From a virus: DNA of 47,096 bases. Every line of letters begins with the position of its first letter. Within the stretch, counting starts at the first letter, position 1. Shown piece after piece: positions 17,619-24,920 of this stretch. Below the pieces are notes generated by a model. It worked only from the letters and a program-made list of their open reading frames with translations. It made no database searches and was not told where the DNA came from. The stretch lies in the IMG/VR virus record IMGVR_UViG_3300011400_000001, positions 1 to 47,096 of that record; one strand, written 5' to 3'. The position numbers and the translations under genes were made by a program.

Positions 17619-18311
17619 CTATTCCGTCCCCGGCATAGCGGCAAGCTGGGCGCGTTCCCTAACCTCGCATAACTCTTTCGCTGCCCAACCCAACACTTTT
17701 ATGTCCTTCTCCGCGTCGCCGGTGAGTGCCGGAGCGGGCTTACCCACTTCCTTCGAGTAGGCGGCAAGGAACTTCTCGACGTTCTTGATCTTCTTGGCCG
17801 CGTCGACGTACTTCGCAGCCAGAACCTTCGGCTTCGAGATGCGGACCTTCTGGGTGATGTCCACCGCAAGCGGGAAGGTGACCGGATTACCGGATTCGTC
17901 CCGCTTGGGGTTCCCGTCTTCGTCCGTTTCTACCATGTTGCGGCAGCGTTCGTCGAGCTTGCCTTGGAGGAACTTCAGGTCTTGCCACCCTTTGGCAACG
18001 CAGACCTGATTTGCGTATTCGCCTTCTGCGATATAAACAAGAACCGGCTTCCCGTCCTTGTCCTTGCGACCCGAGTCTTTCTTGGGCCACTCGATTCCGG
18101 TTTCCTCTTCGAGGAGGTGGCAGACGACTTCGCGCGCATCGGCCAGTGGGCCACGATACGTGAGGTTGTTGTTGCATTCCTCAAGGACTGCGTCGATAGG
18201 ATTGCCGTTCCCGTCTTTGCGGTTCGCCTGCGCGTTCGCCTCGGCGGTGGTTTCATAGACGAGGATTGGTGCTTCGAGACCTTTTAGTGTTCCGAATCTT
18301 ACTTCTTTCAT
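17619..18311 (-). CDS. Hypothetical acidic/lysine-rich protein (230 aa), GC3-rich codon usage
   Basis: ATG 18311 (the track start at 18353 is GTG). Codons are strongly C/G-ending (aag, gac, ttc, ctc), unlike neighbouring genes. Many spurious overlapping ORFs in other frames reflect the higher GC. Compound hairpins follow the gene. Confidence 0.65.
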   Translation of the reverse strand: MKEVRFGTLKGLEAPILVYETTAEANAQANRKDGNGNPIDAVLEECNNNLTYRGPLADAREVVCHLLEEETGIEWPKKDSGRKDKDGKPVLVYIAEGEYANQVCVAKGWQDLKFLQGKLDERCRNMVETDEDGNPKRDESGNPVTFPLAVDITQKVRISKPKVLAAKYVDAAKKIKNVEKFLAAYSKEVGKPAPALTGDAEKDIKVLGWAAKELCEVRERAQLAAMPGTE

Positions 18312-18353
18312 AGGATTTACTTTGTTAACGGAGGTGTTACTTCGCCGAACCAC

Positions 18354-18689
18354 TTATGCTGGATGGTTCGGATGTCCAGTGACAGCAAGGCCGCTGCTGT
18401 CGTGCGGACGATCCTTTCGGATCGAAATTGGGGATAGTTCTTCTTTGTGTCTCCAAAGAACTTGAGGGTTGCAGTAGACTCGATTACCCCGTTTCTCTGC
18501 AATTTCACGATCTTTTGATTCGTTGAAGAACCAAACTTTGTTTCCTTTCGGATAGTGCTTGTTAAGAATTGCTTCGATGTCTTGCAAGTCGAATATAATG
18601 ATTAGACCGTCAGGTAGAACGGCATATTCGACTCCGTTGTGCTGCTCTAATCGGAAGCCATGCTTTTTCTCTGTAAAGTCTAGTTTCAT
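18354..18689 (-). CDS. Hypothetical protein (111 aa)
   Basis: ATG 18689 lies one base after the upstream stop (18691-18693). The ORF continues to 18354. Confidence 0.5.
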   Translation of the reverse strand: MKLDFTEKKHGFRLEQHNGVEYAVLPDGLIIIFDLQDIEAILNKHYPKGNKVWFFNESKDREIAEKRGNRVYCNPQVLWRHKEELSPISIRKDRPHDSSGLAVTGHPNHPA

Positions 18690-18690
18690 A

Positions 18691-19353
18691 TTAAAACTCA
18701 TTACCAAGGTTATGCAATGATTGATTTCGAATCCACTTCGACAACTTCCTGATATCGCAGGGAAAGTCGAAACAGATCGTCTCTTCTTTTCTGAACCCAC
18801 GTGAGACGACCTGGAATAGCACTTCTGGGTAGCGTCTCTGCAACGCGACAGCGTCTGTTTCTCGCACGTAACATTGCTTTACCGTCATCTTGCTGCTCCG
18901 CCAACCGACGTCGCCGAGGATAATGTCTCCCCAACCTTTGACGAGAGCTTTGCATTTGGTTTCGTGATGATCAACGTCCGCTTCGAGCCAGTTCTGCAAG
19001 TCGGGAACCCACGCTGCGTGGAAGCCGTGGTGCCCTCGCACCGCGTTGCTATTGCTGAACGAGGGCACCACTTGGCTTGCGCTTTCCCATACCCATTTCG
19101 ACGTAGGCGACACAAGAAAGCCCGGCGGCAGAACGTCAAAGAAGCGCGTGCCCCAAACCGAACCATCAGGCTCGGTGCATTCCGCACGGATTTCTTCAGG
19201 CGACCGTCCGCAAGGCGGGTTCAACGTTAGGCCCAACGCTGTCAAGCGCGACCAAGGATGGCTGAAGTGGATCGCTAACGCTTTCGCAAGACTCTCCGGG
19301 CTGCTCTGGCAGGTCTGCAACGTGAGGTTCTGCCATTTGACTTGTGTCCTCAT
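18691..19353 (-). CDS. Hypothetical protein (220 aa)
   Basis: ATG 19353, preceded by an AT-rich 150-nt gap. No confident motif (RGHHGFHAAW / DVDHHE noted only). Confidence 0.55.
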   Translation of the reverse strand: MRTQVKWQNLTLQTCQSSPESLAKALAIHFSHPWSRLTALGLTLNPPCGRSPEEIRAECTEPDGSVWGTRFFDVLPPGFLVSPTSKWVWESASQVVPSFSNSNAVRGHHGFHAAWVPDLQNWLEADVDHHETKCKALVKGWGDIILGDVGWRSSKMTVKQCYVRETDAVALQRRYPEVLFQVVSRGFRKEETICFDFPCDIRKLSKWIRNQSLHNLGNEF

Positions 19354-19506
19354 TGGAGGTTTGTATCGCTACTATTTTTCCGATTTGCATACTTCATTTG
19401 TTTGTTATCCACCATGTTAAGGTCCAGGGCTTGTTTGGAGTATACATAACCACAAGATGGTGGATTACTAGGGTTATGACTCCTCCAAATTTGTATAAAT
19501 TTATTC

Positions 19507-19938
19507 TCACGATGCAAATTCCAAAGCAAGGCGTTCCAGCTTTGTCAAGCGCCGGTTGCCTTTCGCTTCGTTCGCGGGTTTCTGTTCTTCAAAACTGTCG
19601 AGGTGGCCGATAGCAACCTGACCGTCTGCAAGGCGGATAGCCACAAGGATGCCGTCGGTGGCAAAGGCGTGGCCTGCGAACCGGGGAAGGCCGTGAATCT
19701 CTCCGTAGCGGTCGAGTTTGCGCCAATTCAAGGTGCGCTTCGTTAGCCCGAGGTCGGAGTCGACGATCTCGACGTTCCGTCCCGGTGGTCGCGAAGGCGT
19801 GATGCCGCCGATACCGAAGCACGTGGGGCAGCGGCGCATATCTTGACGCGTGAAAAGGCGACCATATCGTGAGTCGCGGATGAGAACATTTTGCAATGTC
19901 TGACCTGTGCCTTTGCATGTTGGGCAGGTGGTTTTCAT
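19507..19938 (-). CDS. Hypothetical Zn-finger protein (143 aa; CPTCKGTG ... CPTC)
   Basis: Two CxxC pairs near the N-terminus. ATG 19938. Confidence 0.55.
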   Translation of the reverse strand: MKTTCPTCKGTGQTLQNVLIRDSRYGRLFTRQDMRRCPTCFGIGGITPSRPPGRNVEIVDSDLGLTKRTLNWRKLDRYGEIHGLPRFAGHAFATDGILVAIRLADGQVAIGHLDSFEEQKPANEAKGNRRLTKLERLALEFAS

Positions 19939-20072
19939 ATTTTGCCTATCTTTACTTCTACTAATCTTTTAACATAGGCTTCGATGGTCTTATGGCCCCA
20001 AGAACGCGCGACCTGACGAAGTTGTTTAAAGCGGTTATCACTAACACGCCAAGTGGGTTTAATTGCTTTCAT
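19935..20072 (-). CDS. Possible ribbon-helix-helix (Arc/CopG-like) DNA-binding protein, 45 aa (MKAIKPTWRVSDNRFKQLRQVARSWGHKTIEAYVKRLVEVKIGKI)
   Basis: Hand translation: ATG 20072, and a TGA that forms an ATGA overlap with ATG 19938 of the next gene. The layout is a short beta segment (TWRVSD) followed by two helices. Below the track's size cut-off. Confidence 0.45.
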   Translation of the reverse strand: MKAIKPTWRVSDNRFKQLRQVARSWGHKTIEAYVKRLVEVKIGKI

Positions 20073-20078
20073 GACGCA

Positions 20079-20384
20079 TTATACGTTTCCTTTCAACTCC
20101 TTCAACTTTGCTTCGAGTTCTTCAATCTCACGTTGCTTATCACTTTCAGGACTGGGATATTTGGCAATAGCCTTGTGCATAAACTCAACAAGCTCATCAA
20201 GGTGGAAGGCTGACGCCATCGGAGAGGGTGTTGGACCATCGTGTCGCCAAGCTCGTGCTGAAAAGCTCGGCTTGGATGTGCCATTGCAGTTGACATTGAT
20301 GGCGGTGGTAACTTCAACATACGTAATTTTGCCGATGCCAGCTTTACCAATGCTATAAATGGCTTCTTCGATTGTTGGAGTCAT
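20079..20384 (-). CDS. Hypothetical early protein (101 aa)
   Basis: ATGA overlap with the upstream gene at 20381-20384. Confidence 0.5.
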   Translation of the reverse strand: MTPTIEEAIYSIGKAGIGKITYVEVTTAINVNCNGTSKPSFSARAWRHDGPTPSPMASAFHLDELVEFMHKAIAKYPSPESDKQREIEELEAKLKELKGNV

Positions 20385-20677
20385 ACAGCAGCTCCGCTTT
20401 GAGGGTTCAAACTTTCGCTGACGCTCGCGGTGGCTTTGTCGAACTCAGTCGTGGTGAGCTTAAGGGTCTTTGGCGTCTCCCTTTCGCTGACGCTCGCTGC
20501 ACTTCCCATTTCCTTCAAAGCCATTTGAACCAGCGTAATGATACGATCCCTCCGGCTTACGTGGTCACCACTCCAATGTGGGGCTTGGCAATTCTGCATA
20601 ATGCGGTTGAGGCATTCTTTGACGAACTCTTGCCCTTGACACTGGCCAAGCGGCTTGATGATAGGTGGGTTGTTCAT
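20381..20677 (-). CDS. Hypothetical early protein (98 aa) with an internal ASVSE repeat
   Basis: ATGA overlap at 20674-20677. The DNA repeat ctttcgctgacgctcgc occurs twice (about 20412 and 20479). Confidence 0.5.
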   Translation of the reverse strand: MNNPPIIKPLGQCQGQEFVKECLNRIMQNCQAPHWSGDHVSRRDRIITLVQMALKEMGSAASVSERETPKTLKLTTTEFDKATASVSESLNPQSGAAV

Positions 20678-20988
20678 ACGCTTGCTTCGGTTGAAGGGTT
20701 GCCGAACTCAGCCGAGAGGCTTCTCAGCGTTGGAGCCACGACTTTCTGCTCCTGCGGCGCTGCGGCGAGAACCTTCTGGTAGAAGGCGGTCTGCCTTACT
20801 GGGTCGCCGATGCTGTGGGATTGGCTGGCGCAAGAACCTACGCGCAATGCGCCAGCGTTACCGACATATAGTATCGGTGTTCCTGCTTTGCCATCCGTGA
20901 AGGCGGTATATTTACCTGATGCGGTGTTAACTTCTCTCCAGCCCAATGCTAGGAGACCTGCTGTCAGGCGTTCTTTGTATGTTTTCAT
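20674..20988 (-). CDS. Hypothetical early protein (104 aa), first gene of the leftward arm
   Basis: ATG 20988. It sits downstream of the divergent non-coding region. Confidence 0.5.
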   Translation of the reverse strand: MKTYKERLTAGLLALGWREVNTASGKYTAFTDGKAGTPILYVGNAGALRVGSCASQSHSIGDPVRQTAFYQKVLAAAPQEQKVVAPTLRSLSAEFGNPSTEASV

Positions 20989-21088
20989 GGTGCTAATGTT
21001 TTCGTGAACGATTTTGCTTTCCTTCGAGCCGCAGGGACGGCTTCGTTGCCGCCGCTGCCTCTAGGTTGTAGCTCTCGCTCACGCGCGC

Positions 21089-21118
21089 ATTTTAGCAGGT
21101 AGGGGGTAGGCATTGCAA
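21089..21118 (-). promoter_or_regulatory. Sigma70-like promoter candidate for the leftward early arm
   Basis: On the minus strand: TTGCAA (21118-21113), an 18-nt spacer, then TAAAAT (21094-21089), about 100 nt upstream of ATG 20988. Host promoter rules are unknown. Confidence 0.3.
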
Positions 21119-21469
21119 GAAGAAAATCTTTATTTATTTGCGAGCAGAGCGAGCGATTGGCATAGGAAATGCTTTAAGGATTCTTTCTGCTACGCGAGCG
21201 TCTTGCTTCCTTAACGCTAGCGTTGGCTTTGCAATGCTTGACGCTCTGCCTGAGCGCAGCGAAGGGAGCGTAGCGAGCATGGAAGAAAGAAGATCATTCC
21301 GCTTGATCGGCAGGCGCGTGGCTTGGTAGGATAGAGAGCAACCTGCGGCATGGAATCCCTTCTCTCGAAGGGGCGTGCTGAAGGGAAACATAAACGTAGG
21401 AACAAAACGAAAGGTTATATGGAAAACGATAAGACAGAAAACCCCAACGCCAAGGCGGAAGAATCCGCC

Positions 21470-21496
21470 AGTCCTGTTCAAGAAATGAACAGCACG
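21470..21496 (+). promoter_or_regulatory. 27-nt element, copy 4 (AGTCCTGTTCAAGAAATGAACAGCACG)
   Basis: In the divergent control region, 15 nt upstream of ATG 21512. Confidence 0.75.
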
Positions 21497-21511
21497 CCAA
21501 AGATAGATTGG

Positions 21512-22207
21512 ATGGCTGACCTTGAAAAGCGTGCGGAAGAAGGTCGAAAGGTGATGGCGGCACGAACATCGACTGGTCTCGTTCCCTACACTCAGCTTGT
21601 TATCTCAACCAAGGACGGCGGCAAGGGACCTGCAGTCTTTACCACTGTTCCTCCAACTGAAGGTCAAACGCAAGAAGCCTTTGAGCGGTGGGCAGAGACC
21701 TACGGCAACCTTATTAAGGAACTGAAGCGTTCTGGCCAAGCAAGCATCGACGCGGCATCTACTGGCATCACCGCTAAGACGCTTTCTGAAGCGTTGCGGG
21801 CTATTCGTCGCGCTATCAAGCTATATCACTATAAGTCACCATTCATCGACCCTTTGTTTGACATGGAGAAGTTTACCTTTGCGGCGGTTGGTAGCAAGGT
21901 TCTTGTGCTGCCTCGCGGCGGTCGTGCTCGTTCCGAGATCACACCCGCTAAGACTTCCGACCTTGGCGGTGCGTTCTTCGTACAGAACATTGAAGAACTT
22001 ATGGCCTTGCGGCTCGTCTTTGGACTACCTTGCCCAGACGCTAAAGGAGAAAAGGCCGACGAGGAGTATCCACTTCAATCTATCCGTATTTGGTTAGCCG
22101 ACCCATGTCTTGCGGAGCTTCGTCCCATCTTACAAGATATATTCTCTGTCTTTAAGGTCGACTCTTTCTGTAATGAGTTCGAGGTTGTGCGTGTGCGGCG
22201 AACCTAA
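21512..22207 (+). CDS. Hypothetical protein (231 aa from ATG 21512; alternative starts 21485 or 21419 in the same frame)
   Basis: The long ORF 21350..22207 contains element copy 4 (21470-21496) in frame. ATG 21512, 15 nt after the element, is favoured by analogy with the other copies. The start is ambiguous. Confidence 0.55.
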   Translation: MADLEKRAEEGRKVMAARTSTGLVPYTQLVISTKDGGKGPAVFTTVPPTEGQTQEAFERWAETYGNLIKELKRSGQASIDAASTGITAKTLSEALRAIRRAIKLYHYKSPFIDPLFDMEKFTFAAVGSKVLVLPRGGRARSEITPAKTSDLGGAFFVQNIEELMALRLVFGLPCPDAKGEKADEEYPLQSIRIWLADPCLAELRPILQDIFSVFKVDSFCNEFEVVRVRRT

Positions 22208-22219
22208 GCCAAAGCGGTG

Positions 22220-22249
22220 ATGCGCTCCGCAGAAAGAAAGCGGGCGCAT
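22220..22249 (+). terminator. Hairpin 13 nt after the stop of 21512..22207 (terminator-like, no U-tract)
   Basis: ATGCGCTCCGC / GCGGGCGCAT form a 10-bp stem with one bulge and loop AGAAAGAAA. Confidence 0.3.
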
Positions 22250-22325
22250 GGTAGGGGCATGGATGGATCGACCCTTTATGCCAATCGCCCCATGCCCCTA
22301 CACACGATTTATGTAGCTCTCACAA

Positions 22326-22338
22326 TTTTTTTTTTTTT
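22326..22338. repeat. T13 homopolymer in non-coding DNA
   Basis: cacaa + 13 T + actac. Count anchored on the frame of track ORF 22217..22435. Confidence 0.9.
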
Positions 22339-22477
22339 ACTACAAGATAACGTAGTCGTGGGAGGTGGACGAATAGGCATTGGCATTGGCGGCTTATCCA
22401 TCCATGCTACTTGCGTGCGCTTGGATTCTTTCTAGCCTTCGCTTCCGTTCTGCTTTGCTGCGCTCAGCATTGCCTTC

Positions 22478-22504
22478 CGTCCTGTTCATTTCTTGAACCG
22501 CACG
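22478..22504 (+). promoter_or_regulatory. 27-nt element, copy 5 (CGTCCTGTTCATTTCTTGAACCGCACG)
   Basis: In the non-coding gap 22208-22754, between convergent genes. Confidence 0.75.
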
Positions 22505-22711
22505 ACCGCTGCGCAGAAATAATCCTTTTGCTTTATAACTCACAGGCTTCGCCACGGGACGCACGCTCGCGTTGCAGCCTTGATCCTTAAGGGAACGTGG
22601 CCGTCCTGGCGAAGCCTCCCGGATTGACAGAGCGCCGTTTTGGGGTCCTTTTTTTGAAGAGCCGCCGACCGCCGCTGGCCAGCGGAATTGGAATGTATGA
22701 GTGGTTTTCAT

Positions 22712-22746
22712 AGGTTTTGAAAGGGGCGGGCATTGCTACCCGCCCC
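22712..22746 (-). terminator. Rho-independent-type terminator of the reverse moron-like gene
   Basis: GGGGCGGG (22723-22730) / CCCGCCCC (22739-22746) form an 8-bp GC stem with an 8-nt loop. It starts 8 nt after the stop (22755-22757) and is followed on the minus strand by TTTCAAAACC. Confidence 0.6.
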
Positions 22747-22754
22747 GTTGAGGA

Positions 22755-23126
22755 TTAGGCTCCGAACTCGCTCGCCAAGTCCTTGAGCGAGCCGACCCGC
22801 TTCGCCTCGACCTTGGTTAATCGCCCGTCACCCTTGCCTTCTAGCTGCTGCCGGAAGGCTGAGGGATTGATGACCACGCCGATGAAGGCTAGCGCCTCTT
22901 CGGAGAGGGTGAATTGCTTCACATCCCCGTCGGACAGCGCAGCGTCCTCGGCCACTATGGATTCAATCACTGCCATCGAATCCTTATTGCCCCAGCCATG
23001 CGATTTGTCGCCTGCGATTTGCCCGTCGACTGCGCCGTTGAAAACGGCGAATAGCGCCTTGCCCCGCGCTTTAGGGTCGCCTTGCGGCTTCTGTTCGCCT
23101 TGCGGCTTCTGTTCTGGTTTTGCCAT
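22755..23126 (-). CDS. Hypothetical protein (123 aa), reverse-oriented GC3-rich moron-like gene with N-terminal KPQGE tandem repeat
   Basis: It is the only minus-strand gene in the late arm. It has its own GC-rich terminator hairpin immediately after the stop, and an 18-bp perfect tandem duplication at 23077-23112. Confidence 0.6.
   Translation of the reverse strand: MAKPEQKPQGEQKPQGDPKARGKALFAVFNGAVDGQIAGDKSHGWGNKDSMAVIESIVAEDAALSDGDVKQFTLSEEALAFIGVVINPSAFRQQLEGKGDGRLTKVEAKRVGSLKDLASEFGA
23077..23112. repeat. Perfect 18-bp tandem duplication (TCGCCTTGCGGCTTCTGT x2) inside the 5' end of 22755..23126
   Basis: Read directly. It encodes the repeated QKPQG(E/D) peptide. Confidence 0.9.
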
Positions 23127-23716
23127 ACGCTTCTATTCGCTTAGCCTTCTCGGCCTCCGAGGTTCTCTAAGCTGGGGATAGCATATCACGTGGCCAGCAT
23201 TCCGCAAGGGATTATTTCATTTATTCTTCGTTCGTTCGCGCGCAGACGGCGCAAGGGCGGTTGCTTCGGGCGGCTGCTGCACAGCAATCCGCGTGCCATC
23301 GCTGATGCCTGATGGTTCAGGCATTTCTGTCACGACAGAAACCCCGCCCACCCCTCGCATCCCCTACGCTCGCGGAGGGTGGGGGGACCCACCTCACTCT
23401 CGGACCACCTGGGAAACTTTGGAATCGTATAAAAGATCAAAGAAATAAATCTTCGCAGAGGCTTCGCTACGCCCAGCCTCGGAAAATAAGGATAATGTAT
23501 TTGTCGACAAAAAGCCAGGCTGGGCTTAGGCTGATTGCATGGTAGCAGCAGAAGAAGTCTATCCGGCAGAGATTCTTCCAAACACCCGCCTTACAGGAGA
23601 GGTTGGGGAAGAACTTGGGCCGCGCTTGAAGGCTTTATTGCTGGCGCAGCCGCTGAACCCGCTTCAGCGCCTCGTCTTCCGCGAACTGCCCTCTCGCAAT
23701 GCTGAGGTCAAAGAAA

Positions 23717-24013
23717 ATGGCTAAGATCGTTACAGGACCAAACCAAAAACCGCCAGAGCATCCGTTCTATGGTCCGTATAACCATAGAGGAAAAGACCCG
23801 TGGCACGAGGACGCGTTTCCAGAGGAGTTTAAAGCCTCATTGCCAAACAAAGGTAGAAGAAATAGTGGTTGGTTCCTTGAAGACGCTTGGGGAAATGAGA
23901 TTATGTTTGTACCAGATGGAACAGAGTTCCCTGGAGATTTTACAATAATTGACGAGTCTCAAATATCTGCTGTGGCGATCTTAACTACAAGAAACCTTGA
24001 GTTAAAGAGTTAG
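23717..24013 (+). CDS. Hypothetical protein (98 aa)
   Basis: ATG 23717 follows an A-rich leader (an alternative ATG is at 23699). The 3' half is noticeably AT-rich. Confidence 0.5.
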   Translation: MAKIVTGPNQKPPEHPFYGPYNHRGKDPWHEDAFPEEFKASLPNKGRRNSGWFLEDAWGNEIMFVPDGTEFPGDFTIIDESQISAVAILTTRNLELKS

Positions 24014-24060
24014 AAGCCGCAGCGAGGGCGTAAGCCCGAATCGGTGTTCCCAAAAACCAC

Positions 24061-24288
24061 ATGACCGTCGATCAGCTAAAAGGTCAGCTTAGGCCGTTTC
24101 GGCCATTCTCACTGCATTTGGACGACGGCACAATACTTGATCTACCTCACCCGGACTTTATTACTTTCCTGAGCGAGAAAGCGGGGAACAACTTTGTTTT
24201 GGTCGACCGGTCCGGCGGCATCCATTTGGTCGACGCGGGACACGTGAATAGGATTGAATTCGTAAAAAATGGGAGCGTAGTAAAATGA
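24061..24288 (+). CDS. Hypothetical protein (75 aa)
   Basis: ATGA overlap with the terS-like gene at 24285-24288. Confidence 0.5.
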   Translation: MTVDQLKGQLRPFRPFSLHLDDGTILDLPHPDFITFLSEKAGNNFVLVDRSGGIHLVDAGHVNRIEFVKNGSVVK

Positions 24289-24848
24289 ATGGCGATCCAA
24301 ACATTCTTCTTTCTGACTACGTCGAGGCAGCATCTCCGCCCTCCAGTGCGGTTCATAATCTGAACAGCACGAGCGAAGCCGGGCAGCCACGCCCGTTGCA
24401 ATCCGATCCTCGACCCCTCTTCAACGCCCGCGACCCACAGTACGTCTTGCAGTCTGAGAGGCCGGTTCACCGCGCTATCATCTTCCTCGCCGCCCAAGGG
24501 CTTTCCTATATCGAAGTGGCGCAGCAGCTCGGCATCACACCGAGCTGTGTGCAATATGTGGTGAAGCAAGACTGGGCGCAGGAGGAAATCCTTAAACAGA
24601 TTCATGAAAACGGCGGCAATGCCGTCGCGCAGGTTCTGTCGCAGCAAGCTCTCCCAAGCGTGATGAAGTTGATTGAACTTCGGGACAATGAGAAGGTGGC
24701 GGCGGAGGTTCAACGGAAGAGTGCAAATGATCTCCTTGACCGCATCTTCGGCAAGCCTAACCAGCCCGTGACTCACAGCCAGGCCGATCTGAATGAGTTG
24801 TCCGACGAAGAGCTTGCGAAGATTGCAGCACCGGCTCAGCGGAACTAA
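24285..24848 (+). CDS. terS: Terminase small subunit-like HTH protein
   Basis: HTH LSYIEVAQQLGITPSCVQYV, plus the C-terminal pattern AAEVQRKSANDLLDRIFGKPNQ typical of small terminases. It lies upstream of terL. Element copy 6 lies within codons 21-29. Confidence 0.55.
   Translation: MNGDPNILLSDYVEAASPPSSAVHNLNSTSEAGQPRPLQSDPRPLFNARDPQYVLQSERPVHRAIIFLAAQGLSYIEVAQQLGITPSCVQYVVKQDWAQEEILKQIHENGGNAVAQVLSQQALPSVMKLIELRDNEKVAAEVQRKSANDLLDRIFGKPNQPVTHSQADLNELSDEELAKIAAPAQRN
24345..24371. promoter_or_regulatory. 27-nt element, copy 6 (AGTGCGGTTCATAATCTGAACAGCACG; both arms GTGC-type, no orientation)
   Basis: Lies inside codons 21-29 of the terS-like ORF (SAVHNLNST). Confidence 0.65.
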
Positions 24849-24920
24849 TCCGCCCGCTAGGGCCACCGGCCCGGCAAACAGGACCATCCTTGCGGAGAAC
24901 GCAGAGAGCGAAAGAACTGA

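Noticed and set aside
17785-18287. Cluster of five overlapping ORFs in several frames (17785..18009, 17887..18177, 17964..18287, 17975..18256, 18058..18258)
   Set aside because: They are an artefact of locally high GC and the paucity of stop codons within the GC3-rich gene 17619..18311. Their products are Arg/Pro-rich.
21140-21278. GCGAGC(G) repeats as replication-origin iterons
   Set aside because: The same word occurs in coding sequence and in the hairpin at 17531-17583, so it may simply be a frequent word in this genome. It is reported as a low-interest observation rather than a feature.
21134-21569. Minus-strand ORFs (21134..21481, 21217..21405, 21294..21569) and the N-terminal extension of 21350..22207 in the divergent region
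   Set aside because: They run across the putative control region and element copy 4. Some begin with non-ATG codons or inside the element (the MNRT artefact). Their products are low-complexity.
23539-23724. 61-aa plus-strand ORF in the non-coding region upstream of 23717..24013
   Set aside because: No motif is present. It overlaps the start of the next gene in another frame and lies across a predicted stem-loop region. The region is treated as non-coding pending expression data.
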